A stretch of 64,000 nucleotides of DNA from Myxococcota bacterium (lineage in GTDB: Bacteria > Myxococcota_A > UBA796 > UBA2385): positions 1 through 64,000 of the forward strand of contig JBIJDH010000019.1 in assembly GCA_044344255.1 (NCBI GenBank). The letters run 5' to 3'. The position numbers and the translations under genes were made by a program. This document shows, in pieces, positions 22,217 to 32,183 of the stretch. Each line of letters starts with the position of its first letter. Within the stretch, counting starts at the first letter, position 1. The notes beneath the pieces were generated by a model. That model was not told where the DNA came from, ran no database searches, and saw nothing but the letters and a program-made list of their open reading frames with translations.

Positions 22217-22804
22217 TCAGGGGTGGTGCGCGTGAGCGCCCCAGACGTGGGCGCCGACGTTGTAGTGCTTCATCACGTCGTCGAGCGACCGATTCACACG
22301 CACCGCGTACTGCCCAGGGGACTCGAGGCGCTGGAGAGCGTCCACGACAGCCCTCACCACATTGTGCGGGTTGTTGCTCCCGATCACCTTGGTGAGAACA
22401 TTGTGGTAGCCAGCGGCGTCGAGGACGGCGCGGACGGTCGGGCCCGCGATGACGCCCGTACCCGGGTTCGCCGGGCGGAGCACCACAGAGGCCGCGCCGA
22501 AGTGCCCTTCGACGTAGTGCGGCACAGTGCCGTCTACGATCGGGAGCTCGAACATGCGACGACGAGCACGGTCAGTCGCCTTGCGGATGGCCTCGGGGAC
22601 CTCATTGGCCTTGCCGTGACCGATGCCGACGCGACCGCGCCCATCGCCCACCACCACGATCGCGGTGAAGTTGAAGCGGCGTCCGCCCTTCACCACCTTC
22701 GCGACGCGGTTGATGGCGATCGTCTTCTCGACGAGGCCCGACTCCTCTTCGGAGCGGCCACGCTCGTTTCGACGACCGCGATTATTGTCCTTCTTGTTTT
22801 CCAT
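22217..22804 (-). CDS. rpsE: 30S ribosomal protein S5
   Basis: [30 protein letters not shown]. Confidence 0.97.
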   Translation of the reverse strand: MENKKDNNRGRRNERGRSEEESGLVEKTIAINRVAKVVKGGRRFNFTAIVVVGDGRGRVGIGHGKANEVPEAIRKATDRARRRMFELPIVDGTVPHYVEGHFGAASVVLRPANPGTGVIAGPTVRAVLDAAGYHNVLTKVIGSNNPHNVVRAVVDALQRLESPGQYAVRVNRSLDDVMKHYNVGAHVWGAHAHHP

Positions 22805-22832
22805 AGTGGTCCGTCCGCGTCAGTGATGCCGT

Positions 22833-23198
22833 TCAGAACTGGAGACCGGCTTCGCGTGCCGCTTCCGCGAGCGCCTTGACACGCCCATGGTAGAGGAAGC
22901 CGTTCCGGTCGAAGCAGACAAGCTCGATGCCCGCGCTCTTCGCCTTCTCGGCGACCAACTTGCCCACAGCGGCCGCAGCCGTAGCGTTACCACGGTGCCC
23001 CTCAAGCTCCTTGAGCTCGGGGGACTGCGTGCTGGCCGAGGCCAGAGTGCGACCAGCGACGTCGTCGATGATCTGGGCGTAAATATGATTGGCGGAGCGG
23101 AAAACACACAGCCGCGGCCTTTCGGCGCTGCCCCGGAGGGTCTTGCGGATGTGCGCCTTGCGACGCTGCCGTCCAGAATCCCGGATGCTCGTGGTCAT
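22833..23198 (-). CDS. rplR: 50S ribosomal protein L18
   Basis: [25 protein letters not shown]. Confidence 0.97.
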   Translation of the reverse strand: MTTSIRDSGRQRRKAHIRKTLRGSAERPRLCVFRSANHIYAQIIDDVAGRTLASASTQSPELKELEGHRGNATAAAAVGKLVAEKAKSAGIELVCFDRNGFLYHGRVKALAEAAREAGLQF

Positions 23199-23234
23199 GG
23201 GTCCTGAATCCGATGAAGTGAGGGGTAGGTGGGG

Positions 23235-23786
23235 CTACTTCTGCCCGGACTTGCCGGCCTTGATGCGCACGTGCTCGCCGAGGTACCGCACACCCTTGCC
23301 CTTGTAGCTGTCCGGAGACCGGAAACGACGGAGCTCGGAGGCGACCTGGCCGACCCGCTCCTTGTCGATACCCTTGACCGACACACGAGCGGTGTTGTTG
23401 GGGCCCGGCTCCACCGACATCGTGATGCCAGCGGGGAAAGGGTAGTTGATCGTGTGGCTGTAGCCCAGCGCGAACACGATCGCCTGACCCTTGATCTCAG
23501 CCTTAAAACCGACGCCCACGATCTCGAGCTTCCGCTCGAAACCCTTTGTGACGCCCTCGACCATCCCTGCGAGCAAAGCTCGCATGAGGCCGTGGGCGGC
23601 GCGCGCCGAGGGGGTGTCTACCCCGCGTTGGACTTGAATGACGTTACCTTCGGTGGCGAAGCTGATGCCCGCAGCGACCGGTCGGGAGATCTCTCCCTTG
23701 GGTCCCTTGACGTGCAGTCGTTCGCCATCGACGGAGTAGCTGACGCCCTGCGGGAGGGGGACAGGCTTCTTTCCAATTCTCGACAT
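23235..23786 (-). CDS. rplF: 50S ribosomal protein L6
   Basis: MSRIGKKPV...YKGKGVRY. Confidence 0.97.
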   Translation of the reverse strand: MSRIGKKPVPLPQGVSYSVDGERLHVKGPKGEISRPVAAGISFATEGNVIQVQRGVDTPSARAAHGLMRALLAGMVEGVTKGFERKLEIVGVGFKAEIKGQAIVFALGYSHTINYPFPAGITMSVEPGPNNTARVSVKGIDKERVGQVASELRRFRSPDSYKGKGVRYLGEHVRIKAGKSGQK

Positions 23787-23806
23787 GAGCTCTCCTGCCT
23801 CTCCGT

Positions 23807-24199
23807 CTACCAGACGTAGCAGATGACTTCCCCACCGACGCCCGCCTCACGGCACTGACGATCGGTGAGGACGCCCTTGGGCGTGGTGAGAATGGCGACA
23901 CCGAGGCCGTTACGCACCCGGGGAAGGTCATCCTTGCCCACGTACTGGCGACGGCTCGGCTTGCTGACACGGACAAGTCCGCGCAGCACAGCCTTGTTCG
24001 CCCCGTCATAGCGGGGGAACACCTTGATATGGCCCTGGGCACCTTCCCGGACCTCGGCAAAACCCTCGATGAATCCTTCCTGCTGAAGGATCCGAACAAG
24101 GTCCAGTTTGATGCTAGACCTCGGCACCACAAAACTTTGGTGCCGGGCCTGAACAGCATTCCGGAGACGCGTCAGCAGATCGGCGATGGGATCGGACAT
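23807..24199 (-). CDS. rpsH: 30S ribosomal protein S8
   Basis: DPIADLLTRLRNA, GVGGEVICYVW. Confidence 0.97.
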   Translation of the reverse strand: MSDPIADLLTRLRNAVQARHQSFVVPRSSIKLDLVRILQQEGFIEGFAEVREGAQGHIKVFPRYDGANKAVLRGLVRVSKPSRRQYVGKDDLPRVRNGLGVAILTTPKGVLTDRQCREAGVGGEVICYVW

Positions 24200-24253
24200 C
24201 CTGAATTCTCCTTGCGCTCGGTGTGCTCCGACAGGAGCTCCGCAGTCAGCGAA

Positions 24254-24439
24254 TCACCACGACGCCTTCGTGACGCCAGGAATTTGACCCTGGAGGGAAA
24301 GCGAACGGAAGCACAGACGGCACATGTCAAATGCGCGAATATAGGCCCTGGAACGACCGCAGAGCGGGCAACGGTTCTTCTTACGAACCGCGAACTTGGG
24401 CTTGCTCTTCGCCTTGGCGATCATGGATTTCTTCGCCAC
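24254..24439 (-). CDS. rpsZ: 30S ribosomal protein S14, zinc-binding type Z
   Basis: 61 aa with CPLCGR and [13 protein letters not shown]. Confidence 0.95.
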   Translation of the reverse strand: MAKKSMIAKAKSKPKFAVRKKNRCPLCGRSRAYIRAFDMCRLCFRSLSLQGQIPGVTKASW

Positions 24440-24496
24440 ACTGAACTCCTGTTGAACCCGCAGAGCGGTTGCACCGAGATGTGAATCGCCCCGGAA

Positions 24497-25039
24497 TCAC
24501 TTCCGAAGCGGAAGACCGAGCTTGACGAGCAGCGCCTTGGCTTCCGCGTCGGTACGAGCGGAGGTGACAAAGCTGATGTTCATGCCCGTGACCTTCTGGA
24601 TCTTGTCGTACTCGATCTCGGGAAAGATGATCTGCTCCGTGAGGCCCATGGAGTAGTTCCCACGACCGTCAAAGCCGGCGGGGTTCAGTCCGCGGAAGTC
24701 GCGCACGCGCGGCATCGCAACGGAGATGAGGCGGTCAAGGAACTCCCACATCCGCTCGCGGCGGAGGGTTACCTTCGCGCCGATCGCCAGCCCAGCACGG
24801 AGCTTGAAGTTGGCGATGGACTTCCGAGCGCGCCGCATGATCGCCTTCTGACCGGTGATCAGCGAGAGCTCCTTGGCCGCGTTGTCCAGAATCTTGACGT
24901 TCTGGATCGCTTCCTTGATGCTCGTGTTGAGCACGATCTTCTGGAGGCGGGGGACTTCCATAGGGTTCTTGTAGCCGAACTCTTGCGTGAGAGCAGAGAC
25001 GACCTCAGACTTGTAGTAGGTGCGCAGGCGCGGTTCCAT
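24497..25039 (-). CDS. rplE: 50S ribosomal protein L5
   Basis: [20 protein letters not shown]. Confidence 0.97.
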   Translation of the reverse strand: MEPRLRTYYKSEVVSALTQEFGYKNPMEVPRLQKIVLNTSIKEAIQNVKILDNAAKELSLITGQKAIMRRARKSIANFKLRAGLAIGAKVTLRRERMWEFLDRLISVAMPRVRDFRGLNPAGFDGRGNYSMGLTEQIIFPEIEYDKIQKVTGMNISFVTSARTDAEAKALLVKLGLPLRK

Positions 25040-25091
25040 CGCGAATGACCTCAGTGCTACCGGATGCGGGGAGGAGGGGCCGTGCCCATGC

Positions 25092-25409
25092 TCAGTCGAG
25101 GGTCTGACCCGTCTTCTTGTCGAAGCGGACCTTCTTACCCGCGTCGTCAGAGCGGAAGCCCACCTTCACGGCGCGGCTCTCGGCCGCATTCCAGAGGGCG
25201 ACGTTGGAGATGTGGATCGGAGCTTCCTTGGTGACCTGACCACCGGGGCGGCCCTGCTGCGGCTTGACATTCCGCTTCACCAGGTTCACCTTTTCGACAA
25301 CGAGCCGGTCGCTCTTGGGCAGGACACGCAGGACTCGCCCGGTGTTGCCCTTGTACTTGCCGGCGAGGACGACGACGACGTCGTCGCGCTTGACCTTGGA
25401 GGACGCCAT
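25092..25409 (-). CDS. rplX: 50S ribosomal protein L24
   Basis: [20 protein letters not shown]. Confidence 0.97.
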   Translation of the reverse strand: MASSKVKRDDVVVVLAGKYKGNTGRVLRVLPKSDRLVVEKVNLVKRNVKPQQGRPGGQVTKEAPIHISNVALWNAAESRAVKVGFRSDDAGKKVRFDKKTGQTLD

Positions 25410-25416
25410 GGAAACC

Positions 25417-25785
25417 TCAGAGCACTTCCGGTGCGAGGGAGACGATCTTCATGAAGTTGCGGGCGCGGAGCTCGCGGGCCACGGGGCCGAAGATGCGGGT
25501 CCCGATCGGCTCGCCGTCCTTGTCGATCAGGACGGCCGAGTTGGTGTCAAACTTGATGTAGCTACCGTCCTTGCGCCGCAGCTCCTTGGAGGTGCGGACG
25601 ATCACGGCGCGGGCCACGCTGCCCTTCTTGACCTTCCCGTTGGGGATGGCCTCTTTGATGCTGACGATGATGATATCGCCGACGGAGGCGTACTTTCGCT
25701 TGCTTCCGCCCAGCACCTTGATGCACTGCAGCTTCTTGGCGCCCGAGTTGTCGGCGACGTCCATGGTGGACTGCATCTGGATCAT
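25417..25785 (-). CDS. rplN: 50S ribosomal protein L14
   Basis: [27 protein letters not shown]. Confidence 0.98.
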   Translation of the reverse strand: MIQMQSTMDVADNSGAKKLQCIKVLGGSKRKYASVGDIIIVSIKEAIPNGKVKKGSVARAVIVRTSKELRRKDGSYIKFDTNSAVLIDKDGEPIGTRIFGPVARELRARNFMKIVSLAPEVL

Positions 25786-25852
25786 GGCTATGGTCTCCCT
25801 GCTTTCGGCGCGTCAGTAGATGTGAAGGAAAGGGTCGTCGGAGCGAGGCTGT

Positions 25853-26107
25853 TTAGGCCTTCCCGATGACCTCCCAGCGCTTGGTGCGAGAGAGCGGCCG
25901 AGACTCCTGGATCAAGACGACCTCGTCCAGCTTGTACTGGTTCTGCTCGTCGTGAGCCTTGTACTTTGCGCGCCGATTGATGTACTTGCCGTACTGAGCG
26001 TGCTTCACCGTGCGGATGACCTCGACTACGACAGTCTTGTCCATCTTGTCGGAGACGACGCGGCCAGTCAGCGTCCGGCGACCGGACTGGGGGGTTCCGT
26101 TGTCCAT
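25853..26107 (-). CDS. rpsQ: 30S ribosomal protein S17
   Basis: [25 protein letters not shown]. Confidence 0.97.
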   Translation of the reverse strand: MDNGTPQSGRRTLTGRVVSDKMDKTVVVEVIRTVKHAQYGKYINRRAKYKAHDEQNQYKLDEVVLIQESRPLSRTKRWEVIGKA

Positions 26108-26253
26108 TGTATTGACCTCTGGCCTCGACTCGGGCGGGGCTGCCGCCTGTTTCGGCTTTGTAACCCTGCGGTCTCCCGTTACCGGGACTCAACAAGGTTT
26201 GGAGCTTCTTGCTTGCCCTCCGGAGCGTGGAGCCCCGAAGCGCTGGTGGGCCT

Positions 26254-26282
26254 CGTTTATAAGGCCACCCCGTCCCCGTCAA
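26254..26282 (-). promoter_or_regulatory. Candidate housekeeping promoter for rpsQ-spc
   Basis: TTGACG-N17-TAAACG on the minus strand, overlapping the secG stop. Same architecture as the site upstream of the tRNA. Confidence 0.5.
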
Positions 26283-26788
26283 GGGGTCTTGGTGGCAGAA
26301 CCCGATCCGGAGGCCGGGGCGGGGGTAGGATCGCCCTCAGCGGGGGTGATCGCGGGCGCGATCGCCGGGGCGGCCGCACCGCCGTCGGGGGCGCTGGAGC
26401 TGGGGACGGCGTCCGTCGGGGCGGCGTCCGTCGGGGCCGGGGGCGCCTCCGTGGGGACCACGTCGAGAGCCGCGTCTTGCGGGGTGACGTCCTTGAGGCC
26501 GGCGCCGCGCTCCTCCTCTTGCAGCTTGCGAATGCTCTCCTCCAGCTCGCTGCCGGAAGATGTGCCCTGGGTGCTGTACCAGGCGAGGCTGATGCTCGTG
26601 ACCATGAAGAGGCCGGCCACCGCGGTGGTCGCCTGGCCGAGCAGGTTCGACTGCCCGCGAGGCGCATACATCTGGTTGCCGCCACCGCCCCCCAAGGCCT
26701 GCGCCCCATCCTTGCCCGGCTGGAGGAGGATCACGCCGATGAGCGCGAGGCTGAGCATGATGTGGAGGATGATCAGGAAGAGATGCAT
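26279..26788 (-). CDS. secG: Preprotein translocase SecG with long Pro/Ala-rich C-terminal tail
   Basis: ILLQPGKDGAQALGGGG, two TM helices, downstream of tpiA. Confidence 0.9.
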   Translation of the reverse strand: MHLFLIILHIMLSLALIGVILLQPGKDGAQALGGGGGNQMYAPRGQSNLLGQATTAVAGLFMVTSISLAWYSTQGTSSGSELEESIRKLQEEERGAGLKDVTPQDAALDVVPTEAPPAPTDAAPTDAVPSSSAPDGGAAAPAIAPAITPAEGDPTPAPASGSGSATKTP

Positions 26789-26822
26789 GGCGAGGTCTCG
26801 AGTGAGGCGTTGCAGGCGACGG

Positions 26823-27587
26823 CTAACGTGCCCCGGCGGCCTGGATAATGCGCACGAATTCGTCAGCGTCGAGGCTGGCCCCACCCACGAGGGCACCGTC
26901 GATGTCCGGCTGGGAGAGCAGGCTGGTGGCGTTGCCCGCCTTGACGCTGCCCCCATAGAGCACGCGGCTCTGGGCGGCCAGCCAAGCGGGGTAGCGCGCC
27001 GCGAGCCAGCCACGGATGGTGGCGTGAACGGCCTGCGCCTGGTCGGCGGAGGCCGTGCGCCCGGTGCCGATCGCCCAGACGGGCTCGTAGGCGATCACCA
27101 CCTGGGCAGCCTGCTCGGCGCCAAGCGCACCGTAGGCCGCGTGGAGCTGACGGGTGACCACCGCGTCTACCTGACCTGCGTCCCGCTCGGAGAGCGTCTC
27201 GCCCACACAGAGGAGCGGTGTGAGCTGAGCCCGCAGCGCCGCTGCGAGCTTCTTCTGAACCACCGCGTCGGTCTCTCCGAAGAGGGTGCGGCGCTCGGAG
27301 TGGCCCACCAGCACGAAGCTGCAGCCCGACTGCTTGAGCATCTCGCCAGAGATCTCTCCGGTGAAGGCACCCTGAACCTCAGCGTGGAGGTTCTGGCCGC
27401 CCACCTGCACGCCGCTGTGCTTCAGCCGAGAGACCACGGCGGGGATCGAGAGGAACGGTGGCGCGACCGCCACGTCCACCGAACCCACGTCCACGAGGGC
27501 TCGCTTGAGCTGGGCGGCGAGGGCGTCGGCTTCGACCGGGCCTCGGAACATCTTCCAGTTACCGGCGATCAAGGGGCGTCGTGACAT
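26823..27587 (-). CDS. tpiA: Triosephosphate isomerase
   Basis: [29 protein letters not shown]. Confidence 0.98.
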   Translation of the reverse strand: MSRRPLIAGNWKMFRGPVEADALAAQLKRALVDVGSVDVAVAPPFLSIPAVVSRLKHSGVQVGGQNLHAEVQGAFTGEISGEMLKQSGCSFVLVGHSERRTLFGETDAVVQKKLAAALRAQLTPLLCVGETLSERDAGQVDAVVTRQLHAAYGALGAEQAAQVVIAYEPVWAIGTGRTASADQAQAVHATIRGWLAARYPAWLAAQSRVLYGGSVKAGNATSLLSQPDIDGALVGGASLDADEFVRIIQAAGAR

Positions 27588-27588
27588 C

Positions 27589-28797
27589 TCAGCGGCTCCG
27601 AACCCAGGCTTCCCGGATCGCCTTGAGGCCCGGGAGCTCCTTGCTGTCGATGTTGAAGCCCTCGATGAACTCGAGGGAGGCTCCGCCGCCGGTGGACACG
27701 TGGCTGACCGAGTCGCTGAGGCCGAACTTGTGCACCGCCGCCGCGCTGTCGCCACCGCCGACCACCGTGTAGCCGCTCGAGCGGGCCACCGCGGCGCAGA
27801 CACCCTGGGTGCCCGCCGCGAAGGAGGCCATCTCGAAGACCCCCATCGGGCCGTTCCAGAACACGGTGCCGGCCGCGCCGATCTCGGCGCCGTACAGGGC
27901 GACCGTCTCAGGACCGATGTCGAGGCCCATCCAGCCGTCGGGGATGGTCGTCACCACGCGGGTCTCGGCGCCGTCCACCATCTCCCGCGCCACGACGTGG
28001 TCGATCGGCAGGAGGAGGCGAACGTTCTTCTCTTCGCAGCGCTCGAGGATGCGGCGGGCGAGGTTGACCTTGTCCTCCTCGACCCGGGAGGCGCCGACCG
28101 GCTGATCCTTGGCCTTCAGGAAGGTGTAGGCCATCGCGCCGCCGATGAGGAGGGCGTCGGCACGACGGGCGAGGATCTCGATCACACCGATCTTGTCGGA
28201 GACCTTGGCTCCGCCGAGGATGGCGACGCTCGGCCGCGACGGGCTGTCGCAGACCTTCGTGAGGGCCTCGACCTCCTTCTGGACCAGGAGGCCGACCACC
28301 GCCTTCTCCATCAGCCCCGGTACCAGAGCCACCGAGGTGTCCCCGCGGTGCATCGCCCCGAAGGCCTCGCCCACGTAGAACCGCCCGAGGCGGGCGAGCG
28401 CGGTCGCGAAGGCGACGTCACTGCTCGTCTCCCCGGGGTTGAAGCGGAGGTTCTCCACCACCAACACCCCGCCACCGGGCAAGTCGCGCACGAGCTGGAG
28501 GACCTCCTCTCCCACGATGTCGGGGGTGAAGACGATCTCCTGGTCGAGCAGCTCGGCCAGCCGCGCGGCGGCCGGCTCGAGGCTCAGCTTGTTGTCGCGC
28601 TTGCCCTTGGGCCGCCCCAAGTGTGAGGCGATGATGATGCGGCAGCGGCGCTCCTGGAGGTAGCGGATCGTGGGGAGGACCGCGGCGATGCGCGTGTCGT
28701 CGGTGATCCGCGTGCCTTCCATCGGGACGTTGAAGTCGACCCGGAGGAGGACGTCGTCGCCGTTGAGGTCTAGGTCGGCGAGGGTGGGGTAGGACAT
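27589..28797 (-). CDS. pgk: Phosphoglycerate kinase
   Basis: RVDFNVP, SHLGRP, GGAKVSDKI, WNGPMGVFE, STGGGASLE. Confidence 0.98.
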   Translation of the reverse strand: MSYPTLADLDLNGDDVLLRVDFNVPMEGTRITDDTRIAAVLPTIRYLQERRCRIIIASHLGRPKGKRDNKLSLEPAAARLAELLDQEIVFTPDIVGEEVLQLVRDLPGGGVLVVENLRFNPGETSSDVAFATALARLGRFYVGEAFGAMHRGDTSVALVPGLMEKAVVGLLVQKEVEALTKVCDSPSRPSVAILGGAKVSDKIGVIEILARRADALLIGGAMAYTFLKAKDQPVGASRVEEDKVNLARRILERCEEKNVRLLLPIDHVVAREMVDGAETRVVTTIPDGWMGLDIGPETVALYGAEIGAAGTVFWNGPMGVFEMASFAAGTQGVCAAVARSSGYTVVGGGDSAAAVHKFGLSDSVSHVSTGGGASLEFIEGFNIDSKELPGLKAIREAWVRSR

Positions 28798-29801
28798 CAC
28801 TTCTCCAGGTGACCGATGCGCGAGACGAGATCGACCATCCGGTTCGAGAAGCCCCACTCGTTGTCGTACCAGGCGAGCACCTTGCCCATGTGCTCCCCCA
28901 TCACCTGGGTGAGGGGCAGATCGACGATGCAGGAGGCCGGGTTCCCGTTGAGGTCGGTGCTGACCACCGGCCCGTCGGCGATGGTGAGGATCCCCTTGAG
29001 CGAGCCCTCCGAGGCGGCCGTCAGGGCGGACTTGATGGCGTCCTTCGAGACCGGGCGGGCCGAGTTGAACACGAGGTCGACGATCGAGACGTTCGGCGTC
29101 GGCACGCGGATGGCGAGCCCGTTCAGCTTGCCCACGAGCTCGGGGAGGACCTCGCCCACGGCCTTCGCGGCGCCCGTCGAGGTGGGCACCATGTTGAGCG
29201 CGGCGGCGCGGGCCCGACGGAAGTCGTCATGAGGGGAGTCGAGCAGGCACTGGTCCATCGTGTAGCTGTGAACCGTGGTGATGAGGCCGCCCGTGATGCC
29301 GAAGCTCTCGTGCAGGACCTTGGCCATCGGGGCGAGGCAGTTGGTGGTGCACGACGCGTTCGAGATGATGCGGTGCCGCTCGGAGAGGCCATCGTCGTTG
29401 ACGCCCATCACGACGGTGTAGTCGGAGTCCTTCCCCGGGGCGCTGATGAGCACGCGGGAGGCGCCGGCCTGGAGGTGAAGGGCCGCCTTCTCGCGCGTCT
29501 TGAAGATGCCGGTGCACTCGAGCACCACGTCAATGCCGGAGTCACCCCAGGGCAGCTTCGTCGGGTCGCGCTCGGCGCTGGTGGAGACGAAACGATCGCC
29601 GATCTGGATGCCCCCCTCAACCGCCTCGATCGAGGGTTCGAAGACGCCGTGCACGGAGTCGTACTTGAGGAGGTGCGCCAGCATGGCGTCGTTCGTGAGG
29701 TCGTTGATGTGAACGAACTCGATGTCGGGGTTGTTCCACGCAGCCCGGAGGACACAACGACCGATGCGGCCGAAACCATTGATCGCGACTCGAATGGCCA
29801 T
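28797..29801 (-). CDS. gap: Glyceraldehyde-3-phosphate dehydrogenase type I
   Basis: INGFGRIGR, SNASCTTNCLAP, WYDNEWG. Confidence 0.98.
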   Translation of the reverse strand: MAIRVAINGFGRIGRCVLRAAWNNPDIEFVHINDLTNDAMLAHLLKYDSVHGVFEPSIEAVEGGIQIGDRFVSTSAERDPTKLPWGDSGIDVVLECTGIFKTREKAALHLQAGASRVLISAPGKDSDYTVVMGVNDDGLSERHRIISNASCTTNCLAPMAKVLHESFGITGGLITTVHSYTMDQCLLDSPHDDFRRARAAALNMVPTSTGAAKAVGEVLPELVGKLNGLAIRVPTPNVSIVDLVFNSARPVSKDAIKSALTAASEGSLKGILTIADGPVVSTDLNGNPASCIVDLPLTQVMGEHMGKVLAWYDNEWGFSNRMVDLVSRIGHLEK

Positions 29802-29900
29802 AATTCACCTCGACGAGAGTAACGGGGCCGCTGCATAACATGGAAGGCCGGCCCGGGCAGGGGTCCCGGAACGGCCCAGGACCGGCTAATGCCGGGCATC

Positions 29901-31502
29901 ATGCCGCTCCTCGTGACCAACATCCCCTGGCCCGGCGAGACCGCCGACCCTCGCCCCGCCATCGCCTCCCGCCTCGGGCTGCCGGTGCAGGCCATCTCCG
30001 CGGTCGAGCTGCTCAAGCGCTCCGTGGACGGCCGTCGGCGCCCGCCCACCTGGCTCGCCAACTACCGCGTGGTGGTGGAGACGGATGAGGCCCCCCTCTT
30101 GGCGCAGGGCCTCCACGGCGTGCGGGCCTACTCGGACCGCGATCAGGCCCGCTACTCGGACGGTCAGCTCCAGGTCGCCCGCCCGCGCTGGCCCGCGGGC
30201 GTCCGCCCCATCGTCATCGGCGCCGGTCCCGCCGGTCTCTTCGCCGCCCTCCGCCTCGGCGAGGCCGGCGCGCCCGCGATCCTGCTCGAGCGGGGTGGTC
30301 CGGTGGAGGAGCGCCACCACGCGGTGCGCGCCTACTGGGCCCGCGGTGAGCTCGACCCCGAGACCAACGTGGTCTTCGGCGAGGGGGGCGCCGGGGCCTT
30401 CTCCGACGGCAAGGTCTACACCCGACGGCGGGACGGCGAGCTCGGCTGGATCTTCCAGCGGCTGGTCGACTTCGGCGCCGATCCCACGATCCTCGATGAG
30501 GGCTGGGCCCATCTCGGCACCGACCGCATCCGTGAGCTCCTGCCCCGCATGCGTGCCCGCCTGATCGAGCTCGGCGTCGAGGTCCGCTTCCACGCCACGA
30601 TGACGAGCCTGCTCGTCGAAGGGGGCCGCTGCGTGGGGGTCCGCCTCGCCTCCGGGGAGGAGCTGCGGGGCGGGCCGGTGATCGTGGCCGCCGGCCACTC
30701 CGCTCGCGACGTCTGGGCCGCGCTCCTCGAGGCGGGCGCCGCGGCTCAGCAGCGGCCCATCCACATTGGCGCCCGCATCGAACACCCCCAGAAGCTGATC
30801 GACGCCGGGCGGTACGGCGGGCCGCGCGGCGAGCTGCCCCCGGCGAGCTACCGCCTGAGCTCCCAGCCCCGCGACGGGAGTCGGCCGGGGCACACCTTTT
30901 GTATGTGTCCCGGTGGCACCATCGTCGCCGCCTCCAACCACCCCGGGCGGGTCGTGGTCAACGGCATGAGCTACTCCGGCCGAAGGGCCTGGTGGGCCAA
31001 CAGCGCGATCATCGTCGAGGTGCGCCCCGAAGACTGGGGCAGCGCCGATCCGCTCGCCGGGATGCGCTACCAGGACGAGATCGAGCGCCGCGCCTACACC
31101 CTCGGCGGCGGCGACTTCATGGCTCCGGCTCAGCGGGTGGAGGACTTCCTGCTCGATCGCCCGAGCGCGGAGCTGCCCCGCAGCTCCTACACCAACGGCG
31201 TCACCGCGATCGACCTCCGGGAGGTGCTGCCCGCGCCCATCATCGCCGGAATGAAGGCCGCCATTCGACACTTCGACCGTCAGATCCCCGGCTTTGCCGG
31301 TCCGGAGGGCATCCTCGTCGCCCCCGAGACCCGCACCACCGCCCCCCTCCGCTTCGAGCGCGGCCCCGACTTCCACTCCCCCACCTTGCCCGGGCTGATG
31401 CCCGTGGGAGAGGGGGCCGGCTACGCGGGGGGCATCGTGAGCGCGGCCCTCGACGGGCTCCAGGCGGCGAGCGCGCTCATCGGGGCGCTCGGGCCCGCCT
31501 GA
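29901..31502 (+). CDS. Uncharacterised FAD-dependent oxidoreductase (COG2509-like)
   Basis: GAGPAGLFAA, FGEGGAGAFSDGK, FCMCPGG, GEGAGYAGGIVSAA. Confidence 0.88.
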   Translation: MPLLVTNIPWPGETADPRPAIASRLGLPVQAISAVELLKRSVDGRRRPPTWLANYRVVVETDEAPLLAQGLHGVRAYSDRDQARYSDGQLQVARPRWPAGVRPIVIGAGPAGLFAALRLGEAGAPAILLERGGPVEERHHAVRAYWARGELDPETNVVFGEGGAGAFSDGKVYTRRRDGELGWIFQRLVDFGADPTILDEGWAHLGTDRIRELLPRMRARLIELGVEVRFHATMTSLLVEGGRCVGVRLASGEELRGGPVIVAAGHSARDVWAALLEAGAAAQQRPIHIGARIEHPQKLIDAGRYGGPRGELPPASYRLSSQPRDGSRPGHTFCMCPGGTIVAASNHPGRVVVNGMSYSGRRAWWANSAIIVEVRPEDWGSADPLAGMRYQDEIERRAYTLGGGDFMAPAQRVEDFLLDRPSAELPRSSYTNGVTAIDLREVLPAPIIAGMKAAIRHFDRQIPGFAGPEGILVAPETRTTAPLRFERGPDFHSPTLPGLMPVGEGAGYAGGIVSAALDGLQAASALIGALGPA

Positions 31503-31528
31503 GGGCTCGGACGATTATCGGAAGACGA

Positions 31529-31996
31529 CTATCGGAAGGTGGTCTCGGTGAGCTTGTCCCCGTCAAAGGTGAGCTTCGCGCGCGTGGTGGCGCCGCTCTC
31601 CCGGCCCGGGCAGTTTGTCTTGTCGAGGCTCCAGGCGACCGTGCCCACGCTGTCGGACTCGGCGGGCTCCATCGTCCAGGCGCCCGACTCGGTGCAGTCC
31701 ATCCGCTCGCCGCCCATCTCGACGAAGGCCTCGGCGACCCAGGTGTTGTCGGGGTTGAAGCGGAGGGAGGCGTAGAGGAAGGTGGCGCCTCCAGCGTCGC
31801 TCGGCTTGAAGTTGGCGATCTGCGCGGCCACGAGGTGCTTGGCGAACTTCTTGCTCGCGCCGTCCGTGGGCGTGTTGGGCTCCACCACCACCTCCACCGG
31901 GGCCGCCGGCTCCTCCTTCTTCTTCTTGGCCAGCGCGGCGCCGGGCACGAGCATCGCGGCGAGGAGGACGAGGGCGAGCCGGGGGAAGCGCTTCAT
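31529..31996 (-). CDS. Hypothetical secreted protein
   Basis: Signal peptide MKRFPRLALVLLAAMLVPGAALA, GGAG RBS. Confidence 0.7.
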   Translation of the reverse strand: MKRFPRLALVLLAAMLVPGAALAKKKKEEPAAPVEVVVEPNTPTDGASKKFAKHLVAAQIANFKPSDAGGATFLYASLRFNPDNTWVAEAFVEMGGERMDCTESGAWTMEPAESDSVGTVAWSLDKTNCPGRESGATTRAKLTFDGDKLTETTFR

Positions 31997-32183
31997 CGGG
32001 ACAACTCCGTGGGGAGACGGGGAGGCGGAAGGACGGGAGTCGCGGGAGGGGGCGACAGTGTATCCCCGCGCGGGCCCCGGAGAACACGACAGTCGAGCGA
32101 CGAGGCGGGTGGCCCCAGAACCCGATTCGGCCCAGCCGCCTTCCCCCCTGCCGGATACCCACCCCCGCGGAGGCTCCCCGCCC

